Positions 7,607 through 16,942 of a stretch of DNA of 64,000 nucleotides are shown in pieces. Position 1 is the first letter of the stretch, and each line of letters starts with the position of its first letter. The position numbers and the translations under genes are program-made. Origin of the DNA: Candidatus Dormiibacterota bacterium (GTDB lineage: Bacteria > Chloroflexota > Dormibacteria > Aeolococcales > Aeolococcaceae); contig JBAPWO010000146.1 of assembly GCA_049283735.1 (NCBI GenBank), positions 1,473 to 65,472 on the forward strand, in the 5' to 3' direction. A model generated the notes under the pieces. It was not told where the DNA came from. It worked only from the letters and a program-made list of their open reading frames with translations, and did not search any database.

Positions 7607-9055
7607 ATGCGTGGGTCGGACGTCGTCGGCGGCGTCGTGTTGAGGATCACCTCAGCGCTCCGCCACGCGGGGGTTCCTGTCTCAACGGGGGAGGCTATCG
7701 ATGCGGCGCGTGCGCTCGAGATCATGAACGCCGGACATCGAGGCGAGGTCCGCGCCGCGCTCCGGGCGACGCTGATCAAACGACAGGACGATGTCGACAC
7801 CTTTGAACGGATCTTCGACGCCCTCATGGCCACTGTCGTCAACGACGCCGCGACGGAGGTGATGCTCCCGGCCGGACCCGCGAGCACAACCAGTTCGGTG
7901 TCGCCCACGATCGGGGAGACGGCGTCGACATCGCTCCTCGAGGAGCTCGCGGCGGCTTTGCGGGACGACGACACCGACGCGCTGCGCGCGCTCGCACCCA
8001 GGGCGGTTGACCAGCTCGCGGGGTTCGGATCGGGATCTCAGGATTCCGAGCGCGCGCTCCTGTACCGCGTGCTTCGCGGGCTCGACCTTGCCCGGATCCT
8101 GCAACGCGCCCTCCGCGAGGGCGCCGCTGTCACCGACGATTCAGCGATCGCAGCCGCGCTCGGCCCAGCGGAAATCGCGGCTCGGGTCGACGAGTTTCGC
8201 CGCCTGCTCGCGCAGGAAGTGCGCCGTCGCCTCGACCGGCGGTCCCTCCGGGACGGCCGCGGCATCCCGAGATCCTCGGCAAATCTCGAGGACGTGCCGA
8301 TCCTGGGCGCGAGCCCGTCCGACATTGCGGCGTTGCAACGAGCCCTGCGGCCGCTGGCTCGGAAGCTCGCAGTACGAGGGGCTCGCCGGCGGCGCTTCAC
8401 GCGGCGCGGGCGGCTGGATGTTCGGCGCACCATCCGCCGCTCGCTGTCCACCGGCGGAGTTCCCGTCCAGCCGCTGTGGCGCCGGCCGCGGACGACGCGG
8501 CCCGAGCTTGTCGTCCTCTGTGACGTGAGCGGCTCGGTGGCGGAGTTCGCGCGATTCACCCTGGCGCTCATGAGCGCCATGAGCGCCGAGTTTTCGGCCC
8601 TGCGTTGCTTCGCCTTCGTCGACGGCGTGGACGAGGTGACCCAAATCGTCGCGGATGCGCAGGGAGCGCTGATGCCGGGGCACGTGCTCGCTCGAACCGA
8701 CGTCGTGTGGGATGACGGTCACAGTGACTACGGTCGCGTGTGGAGCGTCTTCGCCACCCGCTTCTCGTCGGCGCTGACCCCGAGGTCCAGCCTGGTGATC
8801 ACCGGCGACGCCAGGAGCAACTACCGTGCGGCGAACGCTGCCGGGCTGGCCGCGATGGCGAGAGCCGTCCGGGAAGTGCACTGGCTCAACCCCGAACGCC
8901 GTGAACACTGGGACACCGGCGACTCGGTGATGGCCCTGTACGCGCGCAGCTGCGATTCCGTGCACGAGGTGCGAACCCTCCGCCAGCTCGAATCGGCCGC
9001 GCTCGATGTCGCGACCGGTACCTGGGCGTCGTCCGTACACTCGCAGCGTGCCTGA
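7607..9055 (+). CDS. vWA domain protein, CoxE-like (MoxR partner)
   Basis: The N-terminal [20 protein letters not shown] helix region and the C-terminal vWA with MIDAS-like CDVSGSV are typical of the VWA_CoxE family. Confidence 0.8.
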   Translation: MRGSDVVGGVVLRITSALRHAGVPVSTGEAIDAARALEIMNAGHRGEVRAALRATLIKRQDDVDTFERIFDALMATVVNDAATEVMLPAGPASTTSSVSPTIGETASTSLLEELAAALRDDDTDALRALAPRAVDQLAGFGSGSQDSERALLYRVLRGLDLARILQRALREGAAVTDDSAIAAALGPAEIAARVDEFRRLLAQEVRRRLDRRSLRDGRGIPRSSANLEDVPILGASPSDIAALQRALRPLARKLAVRGARRRRFTRRGRLDVRRTIRRSLSTGGVPVQPLWRRPRTTRPELVVLCDVSGSVAEFARFTLALMSAMSAEFSALRCFAFVDGVDEVTQIVADAQGALMPGHVLARTDVVWDDGHSDYGRVWSVFATRFSSALTPRSSLVITGDARSNYRAANAAGLAAMARAVREVHWLNPERREHWDTGDSVMALYARSCDSVHEVRTLRQLESAALDVATGTWASSVHSQRA

Positions 9056-11084
9056 GCCCGACGGCGAACTGCTCATTCTTCGAAATCGTCTCGGCGACCT
9101 CGACCAGCGGATCGTTGAGCTGATCGCGGAGCGATTCCGGGTCGTCGCCCACGTCGCCACCGAGAAGGCCTCATCCGACGCCGCGATCCGAGACTCCGAC
9201 CGCGAACGCCAGGTGCTCGCGGCCGTCGAGCACATCGCACGGACCGAGGGCGCGCCCGTCAACCTGGTCCGCCGGATCTACCGCGAACTCCTCGCCGAAT
9301 CGGTGAGCAGGCAGGTCGCAAGTCGCTCAGGGGCGCACCGCGAGGTGGCACTTCGCGTCGCCGTGCGCGGCGACCAGTCGTTTGGCTTCCTCGCAGCGCA
9401 GAAGTACCTGTCGGCGCGAGACGTCGACGGCGACCTCGTCGTGACCCATACCTACCAGGCGGCGGTCGACGCTTTGAACGCAGGGGACGTGGACCTCGCG
9501 GTTCTGCCGATCGAAAACACCGCGGCCGGAAGTGTCGACGAGACCTACGATCTGCTTCGCGAGAACGAGGTGTCGATCGTCGGCGAGGAGACGTCGAGCG
9601 TCGATTACTGCCTGTGCGGTGTCAGTGACATTCCGCTCGGAGCGATCAGCCAGGTCGTGGCCGCGGTCGACGGTCTCGAGCAGTGCTCACGATTCCTCGA
9701 GACGCTCCCCAACGCGTCCCAGCTCGTGCATGTCGAGACCGGTGCCGCGATGCGGCTGGTGCGCGCCGGGGGCGATGCCACCCACGTTGCGATCGGCGCG
9801 CCCGAGGCAGCCGCCGCGCATGGGTTGGTGGTGCTTCGACACGGCATCGCCAACCACGCCGAGAACTACACACGTTTCGTCGTCCTCGCGCTGCATCCTG
9901 TCGCGGTCGAACTCACTGCACCGTGCAAGACCAGCCTGATCCTGGTCACCCGGCACGAGCACGGCGCCCTGATGCGGTCGCTCGGCGTCCTTGCGGCGAG
10001 CGGGCACTCGATGACGAAGCTCGAATCGCGTCCACGCCCCGGCCGGCCGTTCGAGTACATGTTCTTCATCGATTTCGAGGGCAACATCGCGGATCCGCGG
10101 ACCGCCGATGCGCTCGACGACCTTCGGTCCACCGCGCTGCACCTCAAGGTGCTCGGCAGCTATCCGGCGACGACCACCACCGGTGACGTTCAACCGGGAG
10201 ATGCGACGCCGCTGGTTCCCCTACCCGCCGACGCTGTCGCGTCGGAAACGGTTGCGCCACCTCGTCCGACGGCCAAGGCGTCGAAGAATTACCGTCTCGC
10301 GGGGCGGGGCGCTCGCTCCGACGACACCGTGATCCCGGTCGGCAACCTGCTGATCGGCGGCGGCGGTTTCCTCGTGATGGCGGGACCCTGCTCGGTTGAG
10401 TCCGCCGACCAGATCAATGCCACCGCGCGTGCGGTCCGCGAGGCCGGCGCGCAGATCCTTCGCGGGGGAGTGTTCAAGCCCCGAACCTCGCCATACGCGT
10501 TCCAGGGGCTCGGCTGGGAAGGCCTCGAACTGCTCGCCGCGGCCGGCAGGGCCACGGGGATGCCGATCATCAGCGAGGTCATGGCTGTCGACCAGGTCAG
10601 GCGTATGGCCGAGCTGGTCGACGTCCTCCAGGTCGGAACCCGGAACATGCAGAACTTCGACCTCTTGCGCGAACTCGGCAAGGTCGATCGCCCGATCCTG
10701 CTCAAGCGCGGTCTCTCGAGCACGATCGACGAGTGGCTGGGCGCGGCCGAGTACATCCTCGCGATCGGGAATCAGCAGGTCATGCTCTGCGAGCGGGGCA
10801 TCCGAACCTTCGAGACGAGCACGCGCAACACCCTCGACCTGTGCGCGATACCCGTGCTGCGCGAGCTGACCCACCTTCCCGTCATCGTCGATCCGAGCCA
10901 CGGCACAGGCCACCGCGCCTACGTCGCCCCGATGGCCAAGGCGGCGCGTGCGGCGGGCGCACATGGCCTCCTCATCGAGGTGCACCCGGATCCCGACAAG
11001 GCACGTTCAGACGCCGAGCAGAGTCTGTCCTTCCCGGAATTCCTCTCGCTGATGCGGGGCCTGCAGACTGTCGCTCCCGGCTAA
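9006..11084 (+). CDS. trifunctional fusion: chorismate mutase + prephenate dehydratase + ACT + DAHP synthase (type I-beta)
   Basis: One uninterrupted ORF. CM helix region [20 protein letters not shown] (about 9063-9305). PDT with ENYTRF (about 9351-9896). ACT with KLESRPRPG (about 9924-10160). DAHPS I-beta with [23 protein letters not shown] and DPSHG (about 10281-11081). Alternative GTG start at 9048. Confidence 0.85.
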   Translation: MSRPVPGRRPYTRSVPEPDGELLILRNRLGDLDQRIVELIAERFRVVAHVATEKASSDAAIRDSDRERQVLAAVEHIARTEGAPVNLVRRIYRELLAESVSRQVASRSGAHREVALRVAVRGDQSFGFLAAQKYLSARDVDGDLVVTHTYQAAVDALNAGDVDLAVLPIENTAAGSVDETYDLLRENEVSIVGEETSSVDYCLCGVSDIPLGAISQVVAAVDGLEQCSRFLETLPNASQLVHVETGAAMRLVRAGGDATHVAIGAPEAAAAHGLVVLRHGIANHAENYTRFVVLALHPVAVELTAPCKTSLILVTRHEHGALMRSLGVLAASGHSMTKLESRPRPGRPFEYMFFIDFEGNIADPRTADALDDLRSTALHLKVLGSYPATTTTGDVQPGDATPLVPLPADAVASETVAPPRPTAKASKNYRLAGRGARSDDTVIPVGNLLIGGGGFLVMAGPCSVESADQINATARAVREAGAQILRGGVFKPRTSPYAFQGLGWEGLELLAAAGRATGMPIISEVMAVDQVRRMAELVDVLQVGTRNMQNFDLLRELGKVDRPILLKRGLSSTIDEWLGAAEYILAIGNQQVMLCERGIRTFETSTRNTLDLCAIPVLRELTHLPVIVDPSHGTGHRAYVAPMAKAARAAGAHGLLIEVHPDPDKARSDAEQSLSFPEFLSLMRGLQTVAPG

Positions 11085-12442
11085 CGCTGACGGGGTCGCT
11101 CGACCCACAGAAAGCTTGTGAAGTTCTCGTCGAGGTCCTGCAGGTCGTCCTCGACAACGCGCAGGCCGTTCAGGTCGGCAAGGATCCTGCTGCCCATGGT
11201 GGCGATGGAGTCGGCAAGCTCCCCCGTGCCGAGAAGCTCGGCCACCTTGGCCTGATCGATGAGGTCGCCACTGCCGCTCGTCTGCCTGAGATTGGCGTAT
11301 TTCTTCTCGAGGTTGGTGCGGCACTGACTGAGCACCTGGGGGTGCGTCATGACCGTGTCGACCTTCGAGAAATCGGCGCCACCGGCGATCATCAGCGCGT
11401 GCGAGATCTTGATCGCAAACTCTTCGACGATCGCAAAGCGATAGCGGGCCATCGCCGCCACCGATTCGGCGACCATTCCGCCGACGGAGTTGTGAATGGC
11501 GAAGATTCCGCGATCGACCTCGCCCTCGTGCAGCGCGCGCAGCACCCGTTCGGTGGTGTGGAGATAGACGATCTCGCACGGCACCTCGGGCGTCCGGTTC
11601 ATGTAATACCGCGCCGCGTCCTCGTTGAAGCTGCCTCGCCCGCCCTGGATGCCGACGACCATGCGGTCGGTGACGACACGATTCGGGAGCAACAGGTCGA
11701 AGACCGAGTCCTGGGCCTCCGAGAGGCGGAGGCGCATCCCCTTGGTGTGAGGGTTGAGGGTTTGCAGATCGACGAAGAGCTGCCAGGTGTCGTTGATGAC
11801 CTGGGAGGTGACCTCATGAAGCCGTCTGGTGCCGAGGGTATCGATCGGTGTCGGAGCAAAACCGAATCGTTCGAGCGTTCGACCGACGAAGTGCGTGACG
11901 CCCTGACTCTCGGCCGCGAGTCGATCGTGTTCGTCGGCTGTCATCGGCACGACCACGAGTCCTTTGGACTCGAAGTAGCGGCTCCATGCGTCGAGCGCCG
12001 CCGGCGGCAAGCGATACCCGTCAAGGACGATCGCCTGACCCTCGATGCCGCTCGCGGCAACACTGTCCGGGCCGAACAGCGGGTGGGTCAGCAGCGCCTG
12101 ATAGGTGGCGGGCAGATGACGGTCGAACACCTCGCGCGCGTGCACCTTCACCGAGAGGACGTCGATGAGCGTGCGCGCGCCGCCAAGCTCGTGAAAATGC
12201 GGCAGGTGCTCTTTGATCGTGGCCTCAAATGCGGAGATGGGCACGCAGTAGAAGACGGCATCCGACGCCAGCGTGTCACGCAGGCTCGCGGTTGATACCC
12301 CGTGCCGCTCCGCGTCGGCGCGCTGCGTTGCATCCGCATCGTATGCGCGCAGCGCGAAGTCGTCCTGCAGCATCGAGGCCCAGAGGCGTCCAAACCGGCC
12401 GAGGCCAACGACGCCGACCGTCGCCGGCAGGGCACTGTTCAT
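11081..12442 (-). CDS. fusion: prephenate/arogenate dehydrogenase (TyrA) + ACT-less prephenate dehydratase domain
   Basis: N-terminal Rossmann [19 protein letters not shown] and GVTHF (TyrA). C-terminal PDT domain with IHNSVGG and THPQVLSQC, but NFTSF in place of TRF, and no ACT domain. Start at MNSALP (ATG 12442). Confidence 0.8.
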   Translation of the reverse strand: MNSALPATVGVVGLGRFGRLWASMLQDDFALRAYDADATQRADAERHGVSTASLRDTLASDAVFYCVPISAFEATIKEHLPHFHELGGARTLIDVLSVKVHAREVFDRHLPATYQALLTHPLFGPDSVAASGIEGQAIVLDGYRLPPAALDAWSRYFESKGLVVVPMTADEHDRLAAESQGVTHFVGRTLERFGFAPTPIDTLGTRRLHEVTSQVINDTWQLFVDLQTLNPHTKGMRLRLSEAQDSVFDLLLPNRVVTDRMVVGIQGGRGSFNEDAARYYMNRTPEVPCEIVYLHTTERVLRALHEGEVDRGIFAIHNSVGGMVAESVAAMARYRFAIVEEFAIKISHALMIAGGADFSKVDTVMTHPQVLSQCRTNLEKKYANLRQTSGSGDLIDQAKVAELLGTGELADSIATMGSRILADLNGLRVVEDDLQDLDENFTSFLWVERPRQR

Positions 12443-12561
12443 CACCGGGGCTAGTCTACGGATGCGCAGGCACTGGTTCGCCGCATCGGTCCGCTGCCCC
12501 CCGACGGCGTGGCGCAACGCCCAATGCACCGAAGGCCGGGGCGTGGGTATGGTCTGCGTGC

Positions 12562-15225
12562 ATGGCGACCCCGGCTGAGCTCGAGACAACCGACCGAACC
12601 GTGCGCGACACCGCGCGGCACCAGATGCCACGTGCCCTTCGCGAGGAGGTCCGCCTGGTTGCCGACGCGCTCGGGCAGGTGATCGCCGAGCATGGCGGTG
12701 CGGAGCTTCTCGCCGATGTCGAGACCTTGCGGAGGACGGTCATCAGCGCGCGGGCCGAGGACGATGTGCGGGGTGGCTACGCATACACGGCGGACACGCT
12801 CGTCTCATCGTGGTCGCTCGATCGCGCCGAGCAGGTGGCGCAGGCGTTCACGTGCTATTTCCACCTCGTCAACCTGGCGGAAGAGCGGTATCGCGCTCGG
12901 ACGCTCCGAGAGGCGGACTTCGATGCGACCGGGACGCCGGAAGGGCTCATGGCCGCCCTCGAAGCGGTGCGCACGGAGCTCGGCGACGAGGGCCTCGACG
13001 GACTGCTTGCGAACCTTCGCGTGCACCCGGTGTTCACCGCGCATCCCACCGAAGCGCGTCGACGCGCGGTGACCTCGGTCCTTCGACGGGTCGGCGAGCA
13101 GCTCGACCGGCTGGCAGATCCGAGGGTATCGGAGGCGCCGCAGGCGGAGACCCGACGGCGATTGCTGGAGGAGGTCGACGGTCTCTGGCGCACCGCCCAG
13201 CTGCGCAGCCAGGAGCTGCAACCGCTCGATGAGGTCCGGACCCTCATGGGCGTCTTCGACGAGACTCTCTTCCGCTTGGTCCCGGCGGTCTATCGGGAGC
13301 TCAGCGCCGGGCTCGACGCGACCGACACGGGCGTGCAGCTCCCGGCCGCGCCCGCGTTTCTGCGATTTGGAAGCTGGGTGGGCGGTGACCGCGACGGAAA
13401 CCCGCAGATCACCGCCCAGGTGACCCGCGAGACGTTGCTCATCCAGTCCGAGCACATCCTGCGCGGGCTGGAGGCGGCCGCCACCCGCATCGGCACCGGA
13501 CTGACCGCCGATTCCGCGACCACGCCTCCCGACGGGCGCTTCCTCCGCCGCCTCGGCGCGGCGCTCGAGATCGGGGGCGGACGAGCCTCGGCCATCGAGG
13601 AGCGGTCCCCTCGCGAGCCGTACCGGCAGTTCCTCCTGCTTGTCGCGGAGCGCATCGCGGCGACCCGCCGGGCGGACCTGTCGCTCGCGTACGCGGGACC
13701 CGACGAGCTGCTCGATGACCTCCGCGGGGTGCAGGACGCACTCGTGGCCGCTGGGGCGCCGCGGCAGGCGTACGGAGAGCTGCACGACCTCGTCTGGCAG
13801 GTGCAAACCTTTGGATTTCACCTCGCCGACCTTGAAATCCGCCAGCACAGCACTGTCCATCGCAACGCGCTCGCCGAGATCGCCGCAGGCGGCGCGCGTT
13901 CACCCGAGACCGACGAAGTTGTGGCGACGATGCGAACCATCGCCCTTCTGCAGCAACGGTTTGGCGCTCATGTGTGCCATCGCTACGTGGTCAGCTTCAC
14001 AACCAGCGCCGATGACGTCGCCACAGTCCACACGCTCGCCGAGCGGGCCTGTGCGCCCAACCCCGCTCCGGCGCTCGATGTGGTGCCGCTGTTCGAAACC
14101 ACTGTCGATCTGAGCAATGCGCGCGCGACCCTGGACGCGATGCTCGACCTCGAGCCGGTGCGCCGGCGCATGGCCGCGACCGGGCGCGCGCTCGAGGTCA
14201 TGCTCGGGTACTCCGATTCAGCGAAGGAGAGCGGGCCCGTCACCGCAACCCTCGCCCTGTACGCTGCCCAGGCCGACCTCGCCGCGTGGGCCGCCGAGCG
14301 CTCGGTCGCGCTCACGCTCTTCCACGGTCGGGGCGGGGCGTTGGGTCGAGGCGGCGGCCCCGCGAACCGCGCCGTGATGGCACAGGCGCCGGGATCGGTG
14401 TCGGGGCGTTTCAAGGTCACCGAGCAAGGGGAGGTCATCTTCGCCAGATACGGCAATCGAACGCTGGCGCAGCGGCATCTCGAGCAGGTGACCTCGGCGG
14501 TGCTGCTCACGTCCACCGCGGCAGCCCGCCGGCGCACCGGGCAGGCGGCGATCCGGTTCGAGGCGCTCGGCCGGACCATCGACTCGGCCGCGCGCACGGC
14601 ATATCGCGACCTGATCGAGGTCGAAGGGTTCGCCGCGTACTTCGCCGAGGTGACCCCGGTCCGCGAGCTGGCTCGTCTGCACCTCGGGTCTCGCCCGTCA
14701 AACCGCGGCGGCGACAGCAGCCTGTCGTCGCTCCGGGCCATCCCCTGGGTCTTCGCGTGGTCCCAGATCCGGCTGAATCTCCCCGGGTGGTATGGCCTGG
14801 GCAGCGGCCTGGCCTCCGCGGGTCTGGATGAGCTGCGTATCGCGTATGAGGGATGGCCGCTGCTCAGAGTCCTCATCGACAACGCGGAGATGAGCCTCGC
14901 CAAGACCGATCGATTCATGGCCGCCGAGTACCTGCGCCTCGGAGGCGAGCCGCAAATCGCGGATCTGATCCTGGCGGAATACGACCGCACGATCGATGGG
15001 ATCCAGGCGGTCACCGGCCAATCCCGCCTGCTCGAGAAACGCCGGGTGCTGTCCTGGGCGGTCGAGTTGCGCAATCCCTACATCGATGCGCTCTGCCATC
15101 TCCAGCTTCGCGCGCTTCGGGCACTGCGCAGTGGCGACGCTGCGGATGCCGACCGCAGGCGGTTGGAGCAGCTCCTGCTGTTGACGGTGAACGGCATCGC
15201 AGCCGGATTGCAGAACACCGGATAA
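12562..15225 (+). CDS. ppc: phosphoenolpyruvate carboxylase
   Basis: Motifs VFTAHPTE and GYSDSAKESG plus C-terminal QNTG. Start at MATPAELE (ATG 12562); the upstream part of the track ORF is Arg/Pro-rich junk. Confidence 0.9.
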   Translation: MATPAELETTDRTVRDTARHQMPRALREEVRLVADALGQVIAEHGGAELLADVETLRRTVISARAEDDVRGGYAYTADTLVSSWSLDRAEQVAQAFTCYFHLVNLAEERYRARTLREADFDATGTPEGLMAALEAVRTELGDEGLDGLLANLRVHPVFTAHPTEARRRAVTSVLRRVGEQLDRLADPRVSEAPQAETRRRLLEEVDGLWRTAQLRSQELQPLDEVRTLMGVFDETLFRLVPAVYRELSAGLDATDTGVQLPAAPAFLRFGSWVGGDRDGNPQITAQVTRETLLIQSEHILRGLEAAATRIGTGLTADSATTPPDGRFLRRLGAALEIGGGRASAIEERSPREPYRQFLLLVAERIAATRRADLSLAYAGPDELLDDLRGVQDALVAAGAPRQAYGELHDLVWQVQTFGFHLADLEIRQHSTVHRNALAEIAAGGARSPETDEVVATMRTIALLQQRFGAHVCHRYVVSFTTSADDVATVHTLAERACAPNPAPALDVVPLFETTVDLSNARATLDAMLDLEPVRRRMAATGRALEVMLGYSDSAKESGPVTATLALYAAQADLAAWAAERSVALTLFHGRGGALGRGGGPANRAVMAQAPGSVSGRFKVTEQGEVIFARYGNRTLAQRHLEQVTSAVLLTSTAAARRRTGQAAIRFEALGRTIDSAARTAYRDLIEVEGFAAYFAEVTPVRELARLHLGSRPSNRGGDSSLSSLRAIPWVFAWSQIRLNLPGWYGLGSGLASAGLDELRIAYEGWPLLRVLIDNAEMSLAKTDRFMAAEYLRLGGEPQIADLILAEYDRTIDGIQAVTGQSRLLEKRRVLSWAVELRNPYIDALCHLQLRALRALRSGDAADADRRRLEQLLLLTVNGIAAGLQNTG

Positions 15226-15261
15226 TCCGCTCGTGATCGAGGGCGGGCGGCCGGCGCTGCG

Positions 15262-16152
15262 ATGAAGGTCGGAGTCGTCGGGATCGGGAAGATGGGTGGC
15301 CCGATGGCGGATCGCCTGATCAGCGCGGGCCACGACGTGGCCATCTGCAACCGGTCCGAGAACGCCGCGGTGGAATCGTTGAGAGGCAAGGGAGCGAGGG
15401 TCCATGCATCGCCGGCAGATCTGGCCGCGAGGTCGGAGGTCGTGCTGACCGCACTGCCGACCGAGGACGCGGTGCGACAGGTCTACGCCGAGATGTCAGT
15501 GGTGGCGGTGGCAGGCCAGATCTACATCGATCATTCGACGGTGAGCCCGGCGCTGAACCGGGACTGCGCGACGGCCCTCGCGGGTCGAAACGCGGCGTTC
15601 CTGGATGCGCCTGTATCCGGCGGCCCGGCCGGTGCGGCGGCCGGGACGCTCACGGTGATGGCCGGAGGCGACGATGCGACATTCAACCGCGCACTTCCGG
15701 TTCTCGAGGCGTTCGGGAGCAAGATCCGGCTCTGCGGACCTGTCGGCGCGGGTCAGACGATCAAGCTCGTCAACCAGTACCTCGTCGCGGTACACACCCT
15801 GGCCGCATCCGAGGCCGCGGCGCTCGCGGTGCGACTCGGCGCCGACCTCGCCACCGTCCAGGACGTGATCGGGACTTCCTTCGGGAGCTCGGCGATGCTG
15901 CTTCGCAATCTTCCGCGCTACATCGCTCGCGACTTCAGCCCGGCGACCCCGGTGAGCTTGATCGCCAAGGACCTTTCGATCATCCACGCCGAGGCGGTGG
16001 ATGCCGGTGTTCCGCTGCTCGTCGGCGGGCTCGTCGAGCAGTGCTACCTGGCAGCGAAAGCGCGGGGGTGGGCTGGAGAGGACATGTCGGCGCTGGTGAA
16101 GTTCTGGGACCGCGAGGTGGAATCCCCCGTAGACGCGCATGAGGCCGGCTGA
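15262..16152 (+). CDS. NAD(P)-dependent 3-hydroxyisobutyrate / tartronate semialdehyde reductase family protein
   Basis: N-terminal VGVVGIGKMGGPMA Rossmann fold, DAPVSGG and GAGQTIKLVNQ motifs; 296 aa. Confidence 0.8.
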   Translation: MKVGVVGIGKMGGPMADRLISAGHDVAICNRSENAAVESLRGKGARVHASPADLAARSEVVLTALPTEDAVRQVYAEMSVVAVAGQIYIDHSTVSPALNRDCATALAGRNAAFLDAPVSGGPAGAAAGTLTVMAGGDDATFNRALPVLEAFGSKIRLCGPVGAGQTIKLVNQYLVAVHTLAASEAAALAVRLGADLATVQDVIGTSFGSSAMLLRNLPRYIARDFSPATPVSLIAKDLSIIHAEAVDAGVPLLVGGLVEQCYLAAKARGWAGEDMSALVKFWDREVESPVDAHEAG

Positions 16153-16153
16153 G

Positions 16154-16942
16154 GTGCCTCGTTTCGCGGCCAACCTGACGATGCTCTGGCAGGATCTCGA
16201 GCCCTACCAGCGTTTCGAGGCCGCTGCGGCGGCAGGATTCACGCATGTCGAGATGCTCTTCCCGCACCAGCTGGACGCGGATCGCCTCGAATCGACACTC
16301 AATCACCTCGGACTCGACATGGTGGTGTTCGATCCCAACGCCGGCGATTGGGGGCGGGGAGAACGCGGCCTGCTGGCACTGCCCGGACGCGAGGAGGAAT
16401 TCGCCGGTACGGTGCGCGCTGCGATCGACCTCGCCCCACGGCTTGGAACCTCGAGGCTGAACACGCTGGTCGGCATACCGCCCGCTGGTGTGACCGGCGA
16501 CCAGGCTCGCGACACGGCGATCGCAAACCTCAATCGGGTTGCGCCGCTCGCTCAGGATGCCGGCATCACCCTGCTCATCGAGGCCCTGAACCACGTCGAT
16601 TTCCCCGGCTACTGGACGAGCACCGTTGCCACGGCGGCGCGTCTGGTGCAGACCGTCAACCATCCGAACGTGCGGCTGCAGCTCGACCAGTACCACGCCG
16701 CGATGGCCGGCGAGGATGCCCGGGAATGTCTTAGGGCCTATCTCCCCCTGGTCGCACACGTCCAGATTGCCGACGTCCCCGGGCGGCACGAACCCGGAAC
16801 CGGCTCACAGCCCATCGGCGATTTTCTTCGCGATCTGGATCGCCTCGGATACGAGGGGTTCGTCGGCCTCGAGTACCGCCCGCTGGTGGACACGGCATCC
16901 AGCCTCGAGTGGTTGCGCACCGTGGATGTGCTTCGACCCTAG
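16154..16942 (+). CDS. hyi: hydroxypyruvate isomerase
   Basis: VPRFAANLTMLW... aligns with the E. coli Hyi N-terminus MLRFSANLSMLF; TIM-barrel xylose-isomerase-like. GTG 16154 lies 1 nt after the upstream stop (the track ORF starts at 16139). Confidence 0.8.
   Translation: MPRFAANLTMLWQDLEPYQRFEAAAAAGFTHVEMLFPHQLDADRLESTLNHLGLDMVVFDPNAGDWGRGERGLLALPGREEEFAGTVRAAIDLAPRLGTSRLNTLVGIPPAGVTGDQARDTAIANLNRVAPLAQDAGITLLIEALNHVDFPGYWTSTVATAARLVQTVNHPNVRLQLDQYHAAMAGEDARECLRAYLPLVAHVQIADVPGRHEPGTGSQPIGDFLRDLDRLGYEGFVGLEYRPLVDTASSLEWLRTVDVLRP

Noticed and set aside
12229-12561. N-terminal 111-codon extension of the ppc ORF
   Set aside because: The extension overlaps the divergent TyrA-PDT gene start and is Arg/Pro-rich. 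PEPC similarity begins after MATPAELE, and a TATGGT box sits 8 nt upstream of ATG 12562.
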